Assembly (NCBI GenBank): GCA_029864065.1
Contig: JAOTUD010000001.1
Coordinates: 1-30,672 of the forward strand
Length of the DNA: 30,672 nt
DNA from: Gammaproteobacteria bacterium
Lineage (GTDB): Bacteria; Pseudomonadota; Gammaproteobacteria; GCA-001735895
Reading direction: 5' to 3'
The notes beneath the pieces are model-generated. The model was not told where the DNA came from. It was given only the letters and a program-made list of their open reading frames with translations, and searched no databases. The translations under genes were made by a program, and so were the position numbers. Below are positions 26,445 through 30,672 of the stretch, piece after piece. Each line of letters starts with the position of its first letter. Positions within the stretch are counted from its first letter, which is position 1.

Positions 26445-27422
26445 TTAGCCCGCGACCATGCCGCGCAGCCGCTGGTTGATCAGGACGTCGGCCTCGCGCA
26501 TGATGCCGTCGATCAGTTCCCGGCAGCTCGGGATGTCGTTGATCAGTCCCGCCACCATGCCGCAGGACCAGGCGCCGGCTTCCAGGTCGCCATCCAGCAT
26601 GATTCGCGGATAGACGCCGGCCACTTCATCGATGATGTCCTCGAACTTCAGCGCGGGGCCGAGGCTGCGTTCCTTTTCCAGCAGGCGTTCGACCGCGGCA
26701 TTTTTCAACACCCGTTCGGTATTGCGCAGCGGACGCATCACCAGCCGGGTGTCCAGTTCACTGGCCGCGACGATGGCCTGCTTGACCTTCTCGTGTACCG
26801 GCGCTTCCCGGGTGGCGATGAAGCGCGTGCCCATGTTGATGCCGTCGGCGCCCAGCGCCAGCGCGGCGACCAGGCTGCGCGCGTCCGCCATGCCGCCCGA
26901 GGCGACGAACGGGATCTCCAGTTCATCGGCGGCGCGTGGCAGCAGGATCATGTTCGGAATATCGTCTTCGCCGGGGTGGCCGCCGCATTCGAAGCCGTCG
27001 ACGGAGACCGCGTCACAACCGATCGCCTGCGCCTTGAGCGAGTGCCTCACCGAGGTACATTTGTGGATAATCCGGATGCCGGCATCCTGCATTGCCGGCA
27101 GGTATTGTTGCGGATTGCTGCCGGCGGTTTCGACGACTTTTACGCCGCCATCGATGATGGCCCTGATGTAGCCGGGGTAATCCGGTGACGACAGGCTGGG
27201 CAGAAAGGTCAGGTTGACGCCGAAGGGTTTTTCCGTCATGTCCCTGCATCTGGCAATCTCGTTGGCCAGGTCTTCGGCGGAGGGTTGTGTCAACCCGGTA
27301 ATAATCCCGAGTCCGCCCGCGTTGGAAACCGCTGCGGCGAGCTTGGCAAAACCCACGTAGTGCATGCCGCCCTGGATGATCGGATGCTCGATGCCGAGCA
27401 TTTGGGTGATGCGCGTTTTCAT
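26445..27422 (-). CDS. Nitronate monooxygenase / FabK-like FMN-dependent oxidoreductase family
   Basis: Start reassigned to ATG 27422 (MKTRITQMLGIEHPIIQGGM). SNAGGLG, PFGVN, GFECGGHPGE, ASGGMAD, MGTRF. Confidence 0.9.
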   Translation of the reverse strand: MKTRITQMLGIEHPIIQGGMHYVGFAKLAAAVSNAGGLGIITGLTQPSAEDLANEIARCRDMTEKPFGVNLTFLPSLSSPDYPGYIRAIIDGGVKVVETAGSNPQQYLPAMQDAGIRIIHKCTSVRHSLKAQAIGCDAVSVDGFECGGHPGEDDIPNMILLPRAADELEIPFVASGGMADARSLVAALALGADGINMGTRFIATREAPVHEKVKQAIVAASELDTRLVMRPLRNTERVLKNAAVERLLEKERSLGPALKFEDIIDEVAGVYPRIMLDGDLEAGAWSCGMVAGLINDIPSCRELIDGIMREADVLINQRLRGMVAG

Positions 27423-27659
27423 TCGTCGGCCTCTTGTTGTCACAGCGGAAAACGTCAGGAAGTGGAAAACAGTATACCGGTTTCCTCCGACTCGCTTCAG
27501 CCGGCTTTTGCGAAACTGTCTGGGTATACCTGGTTCGCGAATTTACTTTGTACTTAACCAGATGGTATTACGGATTCGCGATGCAACCTGGACGGCGAGA
27601 TCGGGCCGTGAGTTGTCTTTTCGAGCATCGATGCGCTCGCATCGCCGAACCAAGGGCGG

Positions 27660-28880
27660 TTAATTCTGGCTCAACGCGCCGGCATCCTGGTCCCAGTGAG
27701 CGAGATCGGTACGACCTTCCGCCTCGGCCAGTTGCCGGAACAGGCTTTGAAACTCCTCACGGTCCACCGACAGTTGCTGCAACCAGCGCTCCCCGGCCTC
27801 GGGGTCGAACGCGCGACGGCCGTGCAGCACGCGGTGATTGTCGAACACCACCAGTTCGCCGGGTTTAAGCAGGCGCTCGAAAATGCGCTCGGGTGCCAGC
27901 AGCAGCCGGTAAAACCGGCCGATCGCGCGGTAGGCAGGCTCGATCAGTTCGAGTGGCAGATCGAGCGCCGGCAGGGTTCGATCGGTAATCCGGATCCCGC
28001 GAACCTGGCCCTCGCTGTCGAGCGCGATGACGCGCGCGCGGCTACGGAATCTTTCCTGCGGGTTACGCTCGGCGACGAACAGCAGCGGCACCGTGCTAAG
28101 CAACTCGAAGGCATCGGGATCCGAATCGCGCAGCGCGTTCGCGGCGCCGATGCCGTCGACGAAAATCGACGCGCCGCCGCCGCCCGGGTGCGCTTTCAGG
28201 CAGTGAAACAGGTTGATGCCGGGCGGCCCGTGGCGCCAGCCCTCGTCGGTATGGGGCGCCTGCGAATTGGATGCGGTGGCGCCGATGGCCTGGCCGGTGC
28301 CAAGCCGATCCTGCGGTCGCGAGCGGATGTCGAACAGGCTGCCGAAATGAGTCTGCCGCACTGGCCCGAAATGCCGGGCCACGTTATTCAGTGTTCCCGG
28401 CTCGGCTGACAGGTTTCTTAGCAGCGCAATGCCGTAATCGCGCAGATGGGCGAGCACCTCGAGCCGGCACGCCGGTTGCTCGAGATCCGTGGCATCGAAC
28501 CATTGAAATCGATTCGCTGCGTCGGACCGCCACGGCACGGGTTGGTGGCGTCGCTGCTGCCTGCCTGCATTCGCCAGGCAGGCATCGTGCAGAGCGTCCA
28601 GGCAATGCCGGGTGGTGCTGCCGTCGTGCGCCCATTGGATAACCAGCTCCGCCGCCTCGACCGCGGTCGCTTCGATCGACAGGCTGGCGGGTTCCTCGGG
28701 TAGCAGGTAATCATTGGCACCGGCCTGCTCGGGCCGGCCCATCAACGGGAAAAACTGCGCATGGCGTAGCCAGATATACGGAAATCTGGCGTGTTGGCCG
28801 TCCGCCCAGTCGATTAACAATCGGCGCCGCACCGAATCGACACCGATGTTGGTTATTTTGAAGGCTGGAGGTGTTGCCAT
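27660..28880 (-). CDS. TauD/TfdA-family Fe(II)/2-oxoglutarate dioxygenase, gamma-butyrobetaine hydroxylase-like
   Basis: 406 aa. N-terminal GBBH-like segment (IDWADG...WLR), YGIALL, facial triad HTD...NHRVLHGR. Confidence 0.88.
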   Translation of the reverse strand: MATPPAFKITNIGVDSVRRRLLIDWADGQHARFPYIWLRHAQFFPLMGRPEQAGANDYLLPEEPASLSIEATAVEAAELVIQWAHDGSTTRHCLDALHDACLANAGRQQRRHQPVPWRSDAANRFQWFDATDLEQPACRLEVLAHLRDYGIALLRNLSAEPGTLNNVARHFGPVRQTHFGSLFDIRSRPQDRLGTGQAIGATASNSQAPHTDEGWRHGPPGINLFHCLKAHPGGGGASIFVDGIGAANALRDSDPDAFELLSTVPLLFVAERNPQERFRSRARVIALDSEGQVRGIRITDRTLPALDLPLELIEPAYRAIGRFYRLLLAPERIFERLLKPGELVVFDNHRVLHGRRAFDPEAGERWLQQLSVDREEFQSLFRQLAEAEGRTDLAHWDQDAGALSQN

Positions 28881-29040
28881 GTTTGCGACTCTGAGCTTTG
28901 CCGAGGTCTAGAATGCCTGTATTTTCGATGAAACTCCATGCAGGAAATACGATCGGAACAACCAAGTTTTTCGACTGCCGGTAAACTATTCCGGTAAAGG
29001 AATTGTTGCCAGACGACTTAAGGTGCTGGTATTTCTGTTA

Positions 29041-29056
29041 CTGACCGTTTGGTCAG
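29041..29056. promoter_or_regulatory. Palindromic operator candidate (6-4-6), TetR-type
   Basis: ctgacc-gttt-ggtcag, about 35 nt upstream of the TetR remnant. Layout resembles GACC-N4-GGTC TetR operators such as that of NemR. Confidence 0.55.
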
Positions 29057-29090
29057 AAATCATTTCGACGTGGCTTGACAACGACCCGAT

Positions 29091-29232
29091 ATGGCGAGAC
29101 CCAGAAAGTTCGACGTCGCTCGCGGCCTTCGTCGTCAGCGCCTATTTCGGCGTGCGTGTGCTTGCCAAAGGCGGCGCGCCGGCGGCGATGATCGGCGATA
29201 CGCGCGATCATTGCCTGCAGCTGCTTTCCTGG
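29091..29232 (+). pseudogene. Internally deleted TetR/AcrR-family regulator remnant
   Basis: ATG 29091 gives MARPRKFDV, a typical TetR N-terminus. Immediately after gacgtc, another frame gives LAAFVVSAYFGVRVLAKGGAPAAMIGDTRDHCLQLLS, which resembles the last two TetR C-terminal helices. The HTH is absent. Confidence 0.65.
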
Positions 29233-29356
29233 GATTCGGGGGCGCTATTCGAGCGCCGGCCGGCGATGATTCGATCGATCGCAACCACAAAAAACTCTCT
29301 ATTTGTTGGCGCCTGGGGTAAATTACGCCGGTAACAATCCTGTATTTTAATTTTCT

Positions 29357-30148
29357 ATGCCTGAAACCAGCCGCAACGGCAGCGTCTACGAACTGAGCGG
29401 GCCCAGCGATGCATCGACAATCGTTTTCGTCCACGGGCTCGGGTTGAACCGTCACGTCTGGGAAAGGTACGTGACGCGCTTTTCGCAACGTTTCAGGGTT
29501 TTGCATTACGATCTTTTCGGGCATGGCGATAGCGCGGCGCCCCCGCAAACGCCGTCGCTGACGACGTTCAGCGAGCAGCTGCTCGACCTGCTGGACGAGC
29601 TCGGAATCGAGCAGTGCTCGATCATCGGTTTTTCGCTGGGGGGCATGATCAATCGCCGCTTCGCGATGGATCACCCAGACCGCTTGCGCGCACTGGCGAT
29701 TCTGAACTCACCGCACGAGCGCGACCCGGAGGCGCAGAAACTGGTCGAGCAACGCGCGCTCGATTCGGCCGCGGGCGGACCGGGCGCCACGCTCGACGCG
29801 ACCATCGAGCGCTGGTTTACCGCCGACTTTATCGAAGCCAATCCGGAATACATCGCCACCGTGCGCGGCTGGGTGCTGGCGAACGATCCGGAAATCTATG
29901 CAAAATGCAGGCAGGTGCTCGCTTTCGGCGTGATCGAGCTGATTCGTCCGCAACCGCCGATCACCCACCCGACCCTGATGATCACCTGCGAAAACGACAG
30001 CGGCAGCACCCCGGAAATGAGCCAGGCCATCGCCAGCGAAATCAAAGGTGCGCAGGTCGTTGTCGTGCCGGAACTACAGCATATGGGGCTGGTCGAAAAT
30101 CCGTCTTTCTTCATCAATGCGCTGGCGGAATTTCTCGAACAAATATAG
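29357..30148 (+). CDS. Alpha/beta hydrolase (PcaD-like)
   Basis: 263 aa. VFVHGLG, YDLFGHG, nucleophile GFSLGG, GENDxxT-like CENDSGST, His in ELQHM. Confidence 0.9.
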   Translation: MPETSRNGSVYELSGPSDASTIVFVHGLGLNRHVWERYVTRFSQRFRVLHYDLFGHGDSAAPPQTPSLTTFSEQLLDLLDELGIEQCSIIGFSLGGMINRRFAMDHPDRLRALAILNSPHERDPEAQKLVEQRALDSAAGGPGATLDATIERWFTADFIEANPEYIATVRGWVLANDPEIYAKCRQVLAFGVIELIRPQPPITHPTLMITCENDSGSTPEMSQAIASEIKGAQVVVVPELQHMGLVENPSFFINALAEFLEQI

Positions 30149-30184
30149 GCTCATGGAAAATACCTTGGCGAAAGGGGAGGGCGA

Positions 30185-30672
30185 ATGAAAAAAATGTCAG
30201 GAGGGCAGGCGGCGGTCGCATCGCTGCAGGCCGAAAAGGTCGAGCATGTATTCGGGCTCATCGGTTCGGCGACGATGGAAATGTTCGACGCGCTGTATGA
30301 CGCCAGCGACATCAAATTCATCGGCGTGCACGACGAGCGCACCGGCACCCACATGGCCGACGGCTACGCGCGCGCCTCGGGGCGGGCCGGCGTCATCCTG
30401 GCCGGCCAGAACGGCCCGGGTGCGACCAACCTCGTCACCGGGCTGGCGCAGGCTTACGCGGCGTTTTCGCCGGTCGTGTCGATCGCCGGCTCGCTGTCTT
30501 CCGCGCATGTTTATCGCGACGCCTTCCAGGAAGTCGATCAACAGGCGTTATTCAAACCGATCACCAAGAAAACCTGGACCGTCACGCAAACCGCGCGCGT
30601 GCCGGAAATGTTCCGCGAGGCGTTTCGTACCGCGATGACGCCGCGGCGCGGGCCGGTACAGCTCAATATCCC
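30185..30672 (+). CDS. Thiamine pyrophosphate-binding enzyme, N-terminal part (ALS/Xsc-like), 3'-truncated by window edge
   Basis: Missing from the ORF track because it has no stop in the window. SD GGGGAGG then ATG 30185: MKKMSGGQAAVASLQAEKVEHVFGLIGSA...HDERTGTHMADGYAR...QNGPGATN...FQEVDQ...GPVQLNIP. Confidence 0.92.
   Translation, partial: MKKMSGGQAAVASLQAEKVEHVFGLIGSATMEMFDALYDASDIKFIGVHDERTGTHMADGYARASGRAGVILAGQNGPGATNLVTGLAQAYAAFSPVVSIAGSLSSAHVYRDAFQEVDQQALFKPITKKTWTVTQTARVPEMFREAFRTAMTPRRGPVQLNI

Noticed and set aside
29023-29334. 103-aa hypothetical membrane protein
   Set aside because: It starts across the operator palindrome and is better explained as read-through of the TetR remnant's C-terminal frame.
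770-30638. Numerous long antisense or alternate-frame ORFs (e.g. 3771..5078, 4246..5694, 6224..7441, 14141..15460, 16128..17090, 30197..30541)
   Set aside because: They overlap well-supported genes, are Arg/Ala/Gly-rich without family motifs, and are the expected shadow ORFs of high-GC coding DNA.

Overview
GC-rich bacterial chromosomal window, probably proteobacterial (inference from gene content and codon style). It holds about 27 intact or edge-truncated CDSs, mostly accessory small-molecule catabolism and transport. These include an EF-G paralog 3' end, a DMT-MBL hydrolase-class III aminotransferase-serine hydrolase run, two enoyl-CoA hydratases, an ALDH, three SDRs, an orphan NMT1/THI5-domain histidine kinase, and an OmpA-domain lipoprotein. 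They also include an ECH/ADP-forming acyl-CoA ligase/MFS operon, hyi, a desaturase-MttB-PanE operon, a tandem GFA protein, a lone urea-carboxylase-associated protein, a nitronate monooxygenase-family flavoprotein, a BBOX-like dioxygenase, an alpha/beta hydrolase and an Xsc/ALS-like TPP enzyme 5' end. I saw no rRNA, tRNA, CRISPR array, transposase or integrase. The most interesting signals are ones the ORF track hides. (1) Two gene remnants keep both ends but have lost the middle: a desaturase paralog at 18573-18774 and a TetR regulator at 29091-29232. (2) A dispersed GGGGACAGTTTAYTTAATT inverted-repeat family occurs several times, and one copy supplies the stop codon of the MFS gene. (3) A REP-like palindrome has its right arm tandemly amplified. 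(4) The desaturase + non-pyrrolysine MttB + PanE-like operon is an unusual combination. All product calls come from motif recognition by eye; no database searches were run.
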